Counted from the stretch's first letter, positions 1 to 6,497 are shown. The stretch is 10,084 nt of DNA from Nanopusillaceae archaeon (GCA_049974095.1 JBMFJD010000016.1:1-10084); one strand, 5' to 3'. The notes: generated from the letters alone by a model not told the origin. Made by a program: numbers and translations.

Positions 1-2
1 GT

Positions 3-551
3 GGTACAGGATTTAGATTAGAAATAAGAGGAGAATTTACACCAATAGAAGATATATATTATAGAACATTATTAGAAGATGATCCTTTTAGATTAAGATT
101 TGCTTTAAGAAGGTATCTCGGTACTGGAGAAATAGATCTTCTAGATATATCATTTGATGAGAAAGAGCAATTAGGAGGATATTATGGAAGGATCGTAGAG
201 GTTGATATAAAGGATATTATTGATGATATTATGCTAACTGAAATAAAGAAGAGATCTTATATAGTAGAAAATATATACAAAGTAATAGAAGAGAGACTAT
301 TGAAATATGTTAAGAAGATAACATTATGGACAATTGTTATACCTGCACAGAAAGAATATATAGATATCATAAGAGATAACTTTAGGAAATATAGAATATT
401 AAAAGATCCATATTACGATGATAGAGTAATATTCTATAAAGTATCAAATGAGAATTTAGTAGAAAAATTTGAAGAATTAGGTATACCAGTTATAACATAT
501 AAAACAAAAGAAATAACTACAAAAAACGTAGATTTATCTGAGGAATTTTAA
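3..551 (+). CDS. C-terminal part of a charged (K/E/D/R-rich) cytoplasmic protein of unknown function; the 5' end lies upstream of the window
   Basis: Hand translation shows frame 3 is open from nt 3 (GTGFRLEIRGEFTPIEDIYYRTLLEDDPFRLRFALRRYLGTGEIDLL...) straight into the Met at 231 given in the ORF track. Stop TAA is at 549-551. The listed 106-aa ORF is therefore probably only the tail of a longer gene. No motif recognised. Confidence 0.7.
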   Translation, partial: GTGFRLEIRGEFTPIEDIYYRTLLEDDPFRLRFALRRYLGTGEIDLLDISFDEKEQLGGYYGRIVEVDIKDIIDDIMLTEIKKRSYIVENIYKVIEERLLKYVKKITLWTIVIPAQKEYIDIIRDNFRKYRILKDPYYDDRVIFYKVSNENLVEKFEELGIPVITYKTKEITTKNVDLSEEF

Positions 552-3260
552 CTATTTCTTTATTTGCTTGATTATTTCTTTTATTGATTCGGCAGATTGT
601 TTCCATGCCTCAAACATCCATATAAGTCCTTTAATTATATATGGTCCAAAGAATATAAATAGTACAAGCATTATTATACCACTTACTCCAACTGCTGTTA
701 TCACTTTTTCAAAGAATTGATCTATAGCTGTAAATATACCAATTGTTATTGTTGGACCTGTATATACTTTATTATTATTTATAGATATTGTAAAGTAATA
801 CTTACCATCACTTAATGATACAGGACATGATGCAGATGCTGTTCCATATGCTGGTATATTAACAACATCTGAACATGATTGTAATACTTGTGAACCTAAT
901 CCTAAGAATCCTCCTGAACTTACTATGTCTATTTTGACAACCAATCCACTAGCTGGTACGTCTAATGTATTAGCCAATGTTGCGTTTACATAATAAGTAC
1001 CTGGTGACCATACACCTCCTGTTATTTCATATCCATTAGAAGTATACCATGCTGCATTAGATACTACAACTTTAGTAGTAGCTACTTGTTGTTGAGTTAT
1101 AACACCAGGTCCTTGCCTGTTTGGTGGGAATGTACCTAAGTTCTGTCCATTAGCAGATACTACAAGGTAGAACATTTCTTGATGCAATAGCGAGTTCTGA
1201 TCTGGAGTAAATGATGCACATACTGTTACATTTTGATTTGGTTGTATAGTTACAGTAGTAGTATTAGATCCATATTCATTATTTGCAATGCCACCTTGTA
1301 ATCCTAAGACATTATATCCATATACAGTTACAGTAACTGTTGCTGTTGTTGGATATGGAGATGTTAATATAGCACATCCTTCTGCTGGTATTCCTTCAAC
1401 TAATTGATTTACATATGTTTGATTTCCTTGAGCAAAGTAATATCCTTCTACAGATATTATTGATGTAGGTTGTTGTACTACATTCAATTGTGGTCCTGCA
1501 TAATCAGTTCCTGGTATACCGAATATTTGTCCTACATCTGATGCTACATATTTATAATTAATATATGGTGATTGATAATATACATCGAAGTGATAATTAC
1601 CTGATGATGCAAAGGTAACGGGTAATGATACTTGTTGAGATCCTCCTGATGGTATATTAATATTAAATGATTGTGATGTAATTGCCTGATCTGGAGATAA
1701 TGGTATATTCTTTCTAACTGTTATAGTTACCTGTCCTACATATGTACAGTTCCTTGAATTCACAAAGTATGCTACTGCATCTACTTGTTGTCCTATTTGT
1801 ATTGATGTTATATACGTACCATTTATCTCCCATGCAGTGTATGCTAATGGTGGAGCATCAGTACAATATCCAGCTGTTGTTTGTCCACTTTGTACAGTAA
1901 ATGCTCCAAGTAGAGATTCTGGACCTAAGTTTTCATCTGGTAAATATTGTAGGTCATATTTTGGTAATGCATATACATAATATGCACCTGGTTGTTGGGG
2001 TACAAATGTTATAGTAATATTATAGAATCTTTGAACATTATATGGTTGTGGCGAGAAGTAATAGTTTGCAGACATATCTGTAGTTACTCCTTGATCTCCG
2101 ATTCTATATGATGCTACAGTATTACCATTAACATCTTTAATATATACATATAGAGCCGGACCATATGCACCTCCAGATATAACTGTTAAGTATAGAGGTA
2201 TATTTATAGTAACTGATTGCTCAACCAATGGGTTTTGTGGAGATATTTTTACTTGTCCTATTTGTACAGATACCTGTGGACTTGTAGATACTGTAGTTGC
2301 ATTTTGTGGTGGAGATGAGGCTGGACTTACAGATATAGAACCTACTAATGTCTTAGATCCAATTGTTGAATCTGACCAGTATTGTATTGAATATTTAGGT
2401 TCTATATAAACATAGTATGTTCCTTGAGTTGGAGGTATAAACCATACAGATATATTATAGTATCTCCATGTGTTTGTAGGAGTATAACTAAAGTAATAGT
2501 TTGTAGAAGAATCTGTAGTTATACCTTGTTGTCCAACTCTAAAGTATTGTATTACATTACCAGATGAATCTTGTATATATACATTAAGGTAAGGACCATA
2601 TGGACCTCCAGATATAACATCTAATGCTATTGGTATATATATCGTAACATTCTCACCTGCATGTGGAGATGATGGTACTACAGTTATTGGTCCATTAACA
2701 TTTATTTTAACATCTGGAGATGTAGATAATGATTGATTTGTAGTTGTTGGGGTAGGTGAAGGAGTAGGTGAAGGTGATGGAGTAATACTAGGAACAGTAA
2801 TTGTATATGTTTGTGTACCTAATGTAGTATCTGAACCATCTGCAATATCAACTGCCATTTGTACCTGAACTTGATATGTTCCAGGTTGTAGATTAAGGTT
2901 TACGTAATCGGTTCCAGATATAGGTTGACCATTAAATGAATATGGAATATCACATGATGTAGATGTTAATGAACAAACAGAACCATTAGTACCAGTTCTT
3001 ATTGCATCTATTTGTTGACCTTGGGTATTGTATACAAATACTCTAAAAAATAATCCTCTTCCACATGGAGATATTAATGGTATACAATAACTATTAACAC
3101 CAGAATAAGAATATGATATAATTAGATATGGATTTTGAAATGTAGCATTAAATGAATAAGAATTAGTTGTTTCTGCAGAGTGAATACTATGAGAAAATAA
3201 ACTAATTGAAAATATAATTATTATTACTCCTAGAAATTTCTTCAAAAAAGATAATTTCAT
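552..3260 (-). CDS. Large exported surface protein (902 aa) with a C-terminal membrane anchor and multiple beta-sandwich (Ig/CARDB-like) modules; likely N-glycosylated
   Basis: ATG at 3258-3260. N-terminal signal peptide MKLSFLKKFLGVIIIIFSISLFSHSIHSA/E (nt 3174-3260). PSPSPTPSPTPTTT linker (nt 2715-2786). C-terminal hydrophobic helix AVGVSGIIMLVLFIFFGPYII (nt 633-695) followed by the basic tail KQSAESIKEIIKQIKK. I count 13 N-x-S/T sequons by hand. There are 10 Cys in even-numbered groups. Module signatures such as P-x-x-P-x-x-GE-x-VTI ... G-x-Y-x-[FV] resemble CARDB/Ig-like domains (pattern recognition only). Confidence 0.85.
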   Translation of the reverse strand: MKLSFLKKFLGVIIIIFSISLFSHSIHSAETTNSYSFNATFQNPYLIISYSYSGVNSYCIPLISPCGRGLFFRVFVYNTQGQQIDAIRTGTNGSVCSLTSTSCDIPYSFNGQPISGTDYVNLNLQPGTYQVQVQMAVDIADGSDTTLGTQTYTITVPSITPSPSPTPSPTPTTTNQSLSTSPDVKINVNGPITVVPSSPHAGENVTIYIPIALDVISGGPYGPYLNVYIQDSSGNVIQYFRVGQQGITTDSSTNYYFSYTPTNTWRYYNISVWFIPPTQGTYYVYIEPKYSIQYWSDSTIGSKTLVGSISVSPASSPPQNATTVSTSPQVSVQIGQVKISPQNPLVEQSVTINIPLYLTVISGGAYGPALYVYIKDVNGNTVASYRIGDQGVTTDMSANYYFSPQPYNVQRFYNITITFVPQQPGAYYVYALPKYDLQYLPDENLGPESLLGAFTVQSGQTTAGYCTDAPPLAYTAWEINGTYITSIQIGQQVDAVAYFVNSRNCTYVGQVTITVRKNIPLSPDQAITSQSFNINIPSGGSQQVSLPVTFASSGNYHFDVYYQSPYINYKYVASDVGQIFGIPGTDYAGPQLNVVQQPTSIISVEGYYFAQGNQTYVNQLVEGIPAEGCAILTSPYPTTATVTVTVYGYNVLGLQGGIANNEYGSNTTTVTIQPNQNVTVCASFTPDQNSLLHQEMFYLVVSANGQNLGTFPPNRQGPGVITQQQVATTKVVVSNAAWYTSNGYEITGGVWSPGTYYVNATLANTLDVPASGLVVKIDIVSSGGFLGLGSQVLQSCSDVVNIPAYGTASASCPVSLSDGKYYFTISINNNKVYTGPTITIGIFTAIDQFFEKVITAVGVSGIIMLVLFIFFGPYIIKGLIWMFEAWKQSAESIKEIIKQIKK
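1890..2729 (-). repeat. In-frame tandem duplication of a Cys-free module of about 130-135 aa inside the 902-aa gene (copy 1 nt 2325-2729, copy 2 nt 1890-2288; period 145 aa = 435 nt)
   Basis: Copy 1 (aa 178-312): ...GENVTIYIPIALDVISGGPYGPYLNVYIQDSSGNVIQYFRVGQQGITTDSSTNYYF...YYNISVWFIPPTQGTYYVYIEPKY. Copy 2 (aa 325-457): ...EQSVTINIPLYLTVISGGAYGPALYVYIKDVNGNTVASYRIGDQGVTTDMSANYYF...FYNITITFVPQQPGAYYVYALPKY. The DNA-level echo ggaccatatgGacctccagatataac (from 2593) and ggaccatatgCacctccagatataac (from 2158) is offset by exactly 435 nt. Confidence 0.85.
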
Positions 3261-3262
3261 GA

Positions 3263-3859
3263 TTAGCTATAACAGCTTGGCGCATTCGTAGCTTCACATG
3301 CACTAGCCAATTGTGATATAGTTGATGTCATAAATAAGTATTCTCCATTATATTGACAGAATGTTACATTTTCTCCACCAACATTTACTAATACCACATT
3401 ACCAGGACATACTGCATAATTAATATATGTTGGAGATACTTCAAATATATAGTGTCCAATTTGTACCAATGGTAAAGTTGTATATGCTGGATTTTGTGCT
3501 TGAACTTGTTGTAGCATTGCTTGTCCTTGAGAAGTATCTACATTAATACCAATTGGATTAATTCCATATTGTTGTAATATCTGTCCTACATAATTAGCTT
3601 CCTGTTGTTGGTATGTATAGAAGTATATCTTACCAGTTAATTGTAATGATCCTCCTACTACTTGAGAATTAACTTGTGGTGTATTTACTGGTTGTACATA
3701 TGGTTGTTGTACAGCTACATTATTTACATAAAATAGGGTACTGCCCTGTGTCGTAATATATGCTAACCCTGCTATACCTGCAAGAACTAATAACATAGCT
3801 AATAACTTTTCATCCATAATACTTATATTATATTTAGTATATTTATATTTTCGCTTCAA
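3263..3859 (-). CDS. Signal-anchored, Gln-rich extracytoplasmic protein with a possible degenerate thioredoxin/glutaredoxin-like fold and a C-terminal 4-Cys domain
   Basis: The start listed in the ORF track is TTG (plus-strand caa at 3857-3859), overlapping the upstream stop as TTGA. An alternative ATG at 3815-3817 gives MDEKLLAMLLVLAGIAGLAYI. Single TM helix LLAMLLVLAGIAGLAYI. 22 Gln in 198 aa by hand count. Stop TAA 3263-3265 lies 2 nt before the next gene's ATG. Confidence 0.75.
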   Translation of the reverse strand: MKRKYKYTKYNISIMDEKLLAMLLVLAGIAGLAYITTQGSTLFYVNNVAVQQPYVQPVNTPQVNSQVVGGSLQLTGKIYFYTYQQQEANYVGQILQQYGINPIGINVDTSQGQAMLQQVQAQNPAYTTLPLVQIGHYIFEVSPTYINYAVCPGNVVLVNVGGENVTFCQYNGEYLFMTSTISQLASACEATNAPSCYS

Positions 3860-4371
3860 GATTTTTGAGGTGTGCTATTATCCTTGAATTTTGATAATAA
3901 TTGATCAACATTAGATAATACTTTCAAAAGTTCTTTTCTTTCATCTTCAGAAAGCATATCATATAACTTACAATAACCAGGTTGTAAGGTCTTTTGATTA
4001 ACATAAGGACATTCTTTTGCAAAAGGACAATTAAAAACTCTTAAACCAACCAAAGGAGCCTCGCCATTATTCGCAACCATATAAGGAACTATAACTGTAC
4101 CTGTTTTGGTACATGTAATTCCTGATGGTACTAATCTTTTGACTTTTATTCTTCTAGTATACTTAGTATCCTTATAATTAACTTCAATATTTTTTTCATC
4201 AATATATATAGCTATAACATTCATTTCCTTTAACTGCTTTATTAGGACAGATATTGTAGACATTGGTAAATTGAATTTCTTTGCAAGTTCAGAAATTGTA
4301 ATACCTGGCTGTGAATATATCGCTTGCAGAATTTCGATTAATGTTTTAGTAGAGTCTATCCTACTGATCAT
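3856..4371 (-). CDS. Winged helix-turn-helix (MarR/ArsR-like) DNA-binding regulator with a C-terminal 4-Cys domain
   Basis: The N-terminus TKTLIEILQAIYSQPGITISELAKKFNLPMSTISVLIKQLKEMNVIAI (nt 4204-4344) fits the wHTH pattern I-L-x-x-L-x(3-5)-G-x-T-x-x-E-L-A-x-x-x-x-x-x-x-S-T-[IV]-S-x-x-[IL]-x-x-L. The C-terminal part has C87, C115, C121, C134 (NCPFAKECPY...GYC) and a K/E-rich helix. ATG 4369-4371 overlaps the upstream stop as ATGA. No TM segment. Confidence 0.8.
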   Translation of the reverse strand: MISRIDSTKTLIEILQAIYSQPGITISELAKKFNLPMSTISVLIKQLKEMNVIAIYIDEKNIEVNYKDTKYTRRIKVKRLVPSGITCTKTGTVIVPYMVANNGEAPLVGLRVFNCPFAKECPYVNQKTLQPGYCKLYDMLSEDERKELLKVLSNVDQLLSKFKDNSTPQKS

Positions 4372-4646
4372 GTTACATTAACAATATTATATACCTGTAC
4401 ACAAGATGTATCCCCACATATTAGGGTATTCTTTGCAACTAAACACTGCTCTCCACTAATGTTTTGTGTACATGCATATAAATTGCCATATACATTATAT
4501 ACGTATATATTAAAGCTGCCTATTTGATATGTGCCTACAAGATTTATCTTATGGAAATACTGCTCTCCAATAAAAACCACTATAGAAATAATGAGGAGTA
4601 TTGCTATTAAGATAACCAACAAAGTTTGCTTATTGATTTTCACCAT
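4368..4646 (-). CDS. Small signal-anchored protein with an extracytoplasmic 4-Cys beta-rich domain; first gene of the minus-strand operon
   Basis: ATG 4644-4646. MVKINKQ followed by the TM helix TLLVILIAILLIISIVVFI. The ectodomain carries YGNLYACTQNISGEQC...CGDTSC. Stop TGA 4368-4370 overlaps the next ATG. Confidence 0.7.
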   Translation of the reverse strand: MVKINKQTLLVILIAILLIISIVVFIGEQYFHKINLVGTYQIGSFNIYVYNVYGNLYACTQNISGEQCLVAKNTLICGDTSCVQVYNIVNVT

Positions 4647-4656
4647 AATATAATAT

Positions 4657-4666
4657 TTTAAATAAC
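4657..4666 (+). promoter_or_regulatory. Candidate TATA box (TTTTAAATAA) for the MCM-like gene; implies a leaderless mRNA
   Basis: Centre is about 24 nt upstream of the ATG at 4685, matching the usual archaeal TATA-to-TSS distance if transcription starts at or near the ATG. No SD-like motif lies between. The background is AT-rich, so specificity is limited. Confidence 0.4.
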
Positions 4667-4676
4667 AAATATAAAT
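4667..4676 (-). promoter_or_regulatory. Candidate TATA box (minus strand ATTTATATTT) for the 92aa-171aa-198aa-902aa operon; implies a leaderless mRNA
   Basis: Centre is about 25-26 nt upstream of the ATG at 4646 on the minus strand. It directly abuts the candidate plus-strand TATA box inside a 38-bp divergent intergenic region. Confidence 0.4.
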
Positions 4677-4684
4677 ATTTATTT

Positions 4685-5860
4685 ATGGAAAATGAAACAA
4701 GATTGAAGAACCTGTCTTCAAAAATTTTGAAGTTATTAGATCTATTAGAAAACTATGAGTATGAATATTTAAGATATATAAATAGTATTAATATACCGAT
4801 ATATTCTGATCTAGTAATATTCAAGGAAGATGCTTTAAGTATCTTGGGAGTAGATGACTATAAGTATTTATTAGAAAATGGAATAATTAGAGAGAATATA
4901 TTTAATCCAAGAATTGTAGAAATAGTTAATATAAATAAATTATTGGATATGATCAGTTTGTACAAAGAGATGAAGAAATATTCATTATCAAAAGAAATAC
5001 TACAATCTGATAGGCCATTTTATGAATTATTACCATTAGTATCACCAAATGTAAAGAATACGGATATAATAGAGGTTGTAAAGAAAGTAATGTTATTACA
5101 ACTATTTTCTGGAGACGATAGAGGTTTTAGAACAAGAATACATATAGCTCTAATTGGAGATCCTGGTACTGGTAAAACTTTATTATTACAATGGCAGAGT
5201 GATATAAGTGGAGGATTATATTTATCATTAAGAACTACATCTGCAGGTCTATCTGGCAGCCTAGATCCAGCACAATTTTATAACAATTCACCACCATTAA
5301 TGGCTGCAAATGGAAAAATATTATGTATAGATGAAGCAGATAAGATATCTACATCAGATTTAGATCCATTATTAACTGCAATGGAAGAAGGAAAAGTTGT
5401 TCTAGCTGGTGCAGGATTACATTATGAGTATGAAGCTAAAGTTAGAATTATGTTATCATCTAACAGAAAGAAGTTCAGACCAGAACTAATGGATAGATTT
5501 GATTTAGTTGCATTATTTAGAAAACCATCAAAAAAAGAAACTGCAGACATTGTAGGACATATTATTGAATTTACAAGTGAAGAAAATCAAAGAATTCTAG
5601 AAGAAAGTAAAACAACAATAAATAATTATATGAAGTATGTAGAAAAGTTCTATCCAAAAATCATGGATAATGATGCTGTTAAGGAGGCAATAGCAGATAT
5701 AATAGAAAAGACTGGAGAATCTAGTGTTAGACATACATTAAAATGGTTAAGATTTGCTTATGCATATGCTAAAATAAATAGAGTAAATATAACACCAGAA
5801 ATAGTAAAAGAATTATATGATATGCTAAAAATACAAAGAATAAATCTTACTCAAGAGTAA
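4685..5860 (+). CDS. mcm: Truncated (mini) MCM-family AAA+ ATPase/helicase lacking the canonical MCM N-terminal domain
   Basis: Motif-by-motif match to the MCM catalytic core. LLQLFSG (MCM LLLQLFGG). RIHIALIGDPGTGKT, Walker A, nt 5156-5179 (MCM INILLVGDPGTAKS). TSAGLSGSL (MCM SAAGLTAAV). ILCIDEADK, Walker B, nt 5321-5341 (MCM CCIDEFDKM). LLTAMEEGKVVLAGAGL (MCM IHEAMEQQTISIAKAGI). Sensor-1 SSN at aa 258-260. Arg finger MDRFDL with R271 at nt 5495-5497 (MCM LSRFDL). Sensor-2/lid SSVRHTLKWLRFAYAYAKINRVNITPEIV (MCM TVRQLESLIRLSEAHAKMRLS). Only about 120 aa precede the core, whereas cellular MCMs have about 250-300 aa carrying the OB-fold and Zn finger. Confidence 0.85.
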   Translation: MENETRLKNLSSKILKLLDLLENYEYEYLRYINSINIPIYSDLVIFKEDALSILGVDDYKYLLENGIIRENIFNPRIVEIVNINKLLDMISLYKEMKKYSLSKEILQSDRPFYELLPLVSPNVKNTDIIEVVKKVMLLQLFSGDDRGFRTRIHIALIGDPGTGKTLLLQWQSDISGGLYLSLRTTSAGLSGSLDPAQFYNNSPPLMAANGKILCIDEADKISTSDLDPLLTAMEEGKVVLAGAGLHYEYEAKVRIMLSSNRKKFRPELMDRFDLVALFRKPSKKETADIVGHIIEFTSEENQRILEESKTTINNYMKYVEKFYPKIMDNDAVKEAIADIIEKTGESSVRHTLKWLRFAYAYAKINRVNITPEIVKELYDMLKIQRINLTQE

Positions 5861-6119
5861 TTATTCTCATTATCCCCCAACCAATTAGATATCCAGACAT
5901 ATAAAATATAAACCAATCAAAACCTGTACCAATTATAAACAAAGGATTTAATTGGAACATCAAGAAGGATACAAAAGCAGAGGAGTATATAATTAATAGT
6001 GCAGCATGAATTTTATCTAATATATCCGAAGCTTTTGATAACCATCCACCAACATATATACCTACACCTAATAATATTAGATCAATAATTACAGAAATTT
6101 GAAAAAATATAATGTTCAT
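5847..6119 (-). CDS. Small integral membrane protein with three predicted TM helices
   Basis: ATG 6117-6119 overlaps the upstream stop as ATGA. Hydrophobic segments are IIFFQISVIIDLILLGVGIYVGGW, AALLIIYSSAFVSFLMF and FIFYMSGYLIGWGIM. The 3' end overlaps the convergent MCM-like gene by 14 nt. A purine-rich tract GAGGAAGAGCAGGAAGA lies immediately upstream of the ATG (weakly SD-like). Confidence 0.65.
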   Translation of the reverse strand: MNIIFFQISVIIDLILLGVGIYVGGWLSKASDILDKIHAALLIIYSSAFVSFLMFQLNPLFIIGTGFDWFIFYMSGYLIGWGIMRIITLE

Positions 6120-6445
6120 TCTTCCTGCTCTTCCTCTGAATTACCTTGTACTAATGATAATTTACTAATCGCTTTCTGTACGGAAGATATATTTAATCCT
6201 ACATTAGATGATCTCTTTACTATTTCAGATAAGTTATCTAACAGTACATAACATAATCTTTCTCCTCCTTTTCCTGTAAATGAGAATTGTGGTTCACCAT
6301 CACCAAATACTATTTCACATCTTCTTTTTGCTTGCGATGGATCTTCTGATCCTATTGGCAATGTACTTAGATCATATGCGTAGCAAACTAGCCTATCTCC
6401 TACTTTCTTACATCCTATAGAAATTTTATCGTCGTATAGCGCCAT
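6116..6445 (-). CDS. Soluble 109-aa protein of unknown function with 4 Cys and an acidic C-terminal tail (SEEEQEE)
   Basis: ATG 6443-6445 with a TATA-like box about 26 nt upstream. No TM segment. Cys at positions 12, 21, 43 and 65. Translationally coupled (ATGA) to the downstream 3-TM gene. Confidence 0.7.
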   Translation of the reverse strand: MALYDDKISIGCKKVGDRLVCYAYDLSTLPIGSEDPSQAKRRCEIVFGDGEPQFSFTGKGGERLCYVLLDNLSEIVKRSSNVGLNISSVQKAISKLSLVQGNSEEEQEE

Positions 6446-6467
6446 ATAATATATTTATTATTATGTA

Positions 6468-6474
6468 TTATAAA
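6468..6474 (-). promoter_or_regulatory. Candidate TATA box (minus strand TTTATAA, preceded by the purine/A-rich ACAAAAG as a possible BRE) for the 109aa-90aa unit
   Basis: Lies in the 52-bp intergenic region 6446-6497. Its centre is about 26 nt upstream of the ATG at 6445, which implies a leaderless transcript. Confidence 0.45.
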
Positions 6475-6497
6475 CTTTTGTTATCATGAACAATGGT

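Noticed and set aside
2752-2775. 12-nt tandem DNA repeat gtaggtgaagg[a/t] x2, considered as a microsatellite or CRISPR-like element
   Set aside because: There are only two units. They are in frame and simply encode the PSPT-PSPT part of the S/T/P linker of the 902-aa protein. There is no spacer-repeat architecture.
4368-4646. Type IV pilin-like (class III) signal peptides in the small anchored proteins (92 aa and 198 aa)
   Set aside because: The basic N-regions are not followed by the [KR]-[GAS] prepilin-peptidase cleavage motif directly before the hydrophobic stretch. They look like ordinary signal anchors.
4671-4682. Perfect 12-bp palindrome ATAAATATTTAT just upstream of the MCM-like ATG, considered as an operator for the wHTH protein
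   Set aside because: In a stretch composed only of A and T such palindromes arise easily by chance. There is no second copy elsewhere in the window to support a binding-site motif. Noted only as a site to test.
4685-5860. Annotating the AAA+ gene as the cellular replicative MCM, or alternatively as a generic MoxR/Mg-chelatase-type ATPase
   Set aside because: At 391 aa it lacks the MCM N-terminal OB-fold/Zn domain, so it is unlikely to be the chromosomal replicative MCM. The MCM-specific blocks (LLQLFSG, AMEEGKV..AGAG, DRFDL, SVRHTL...AYAKI) argue against a non-MCM AAA+ clade.
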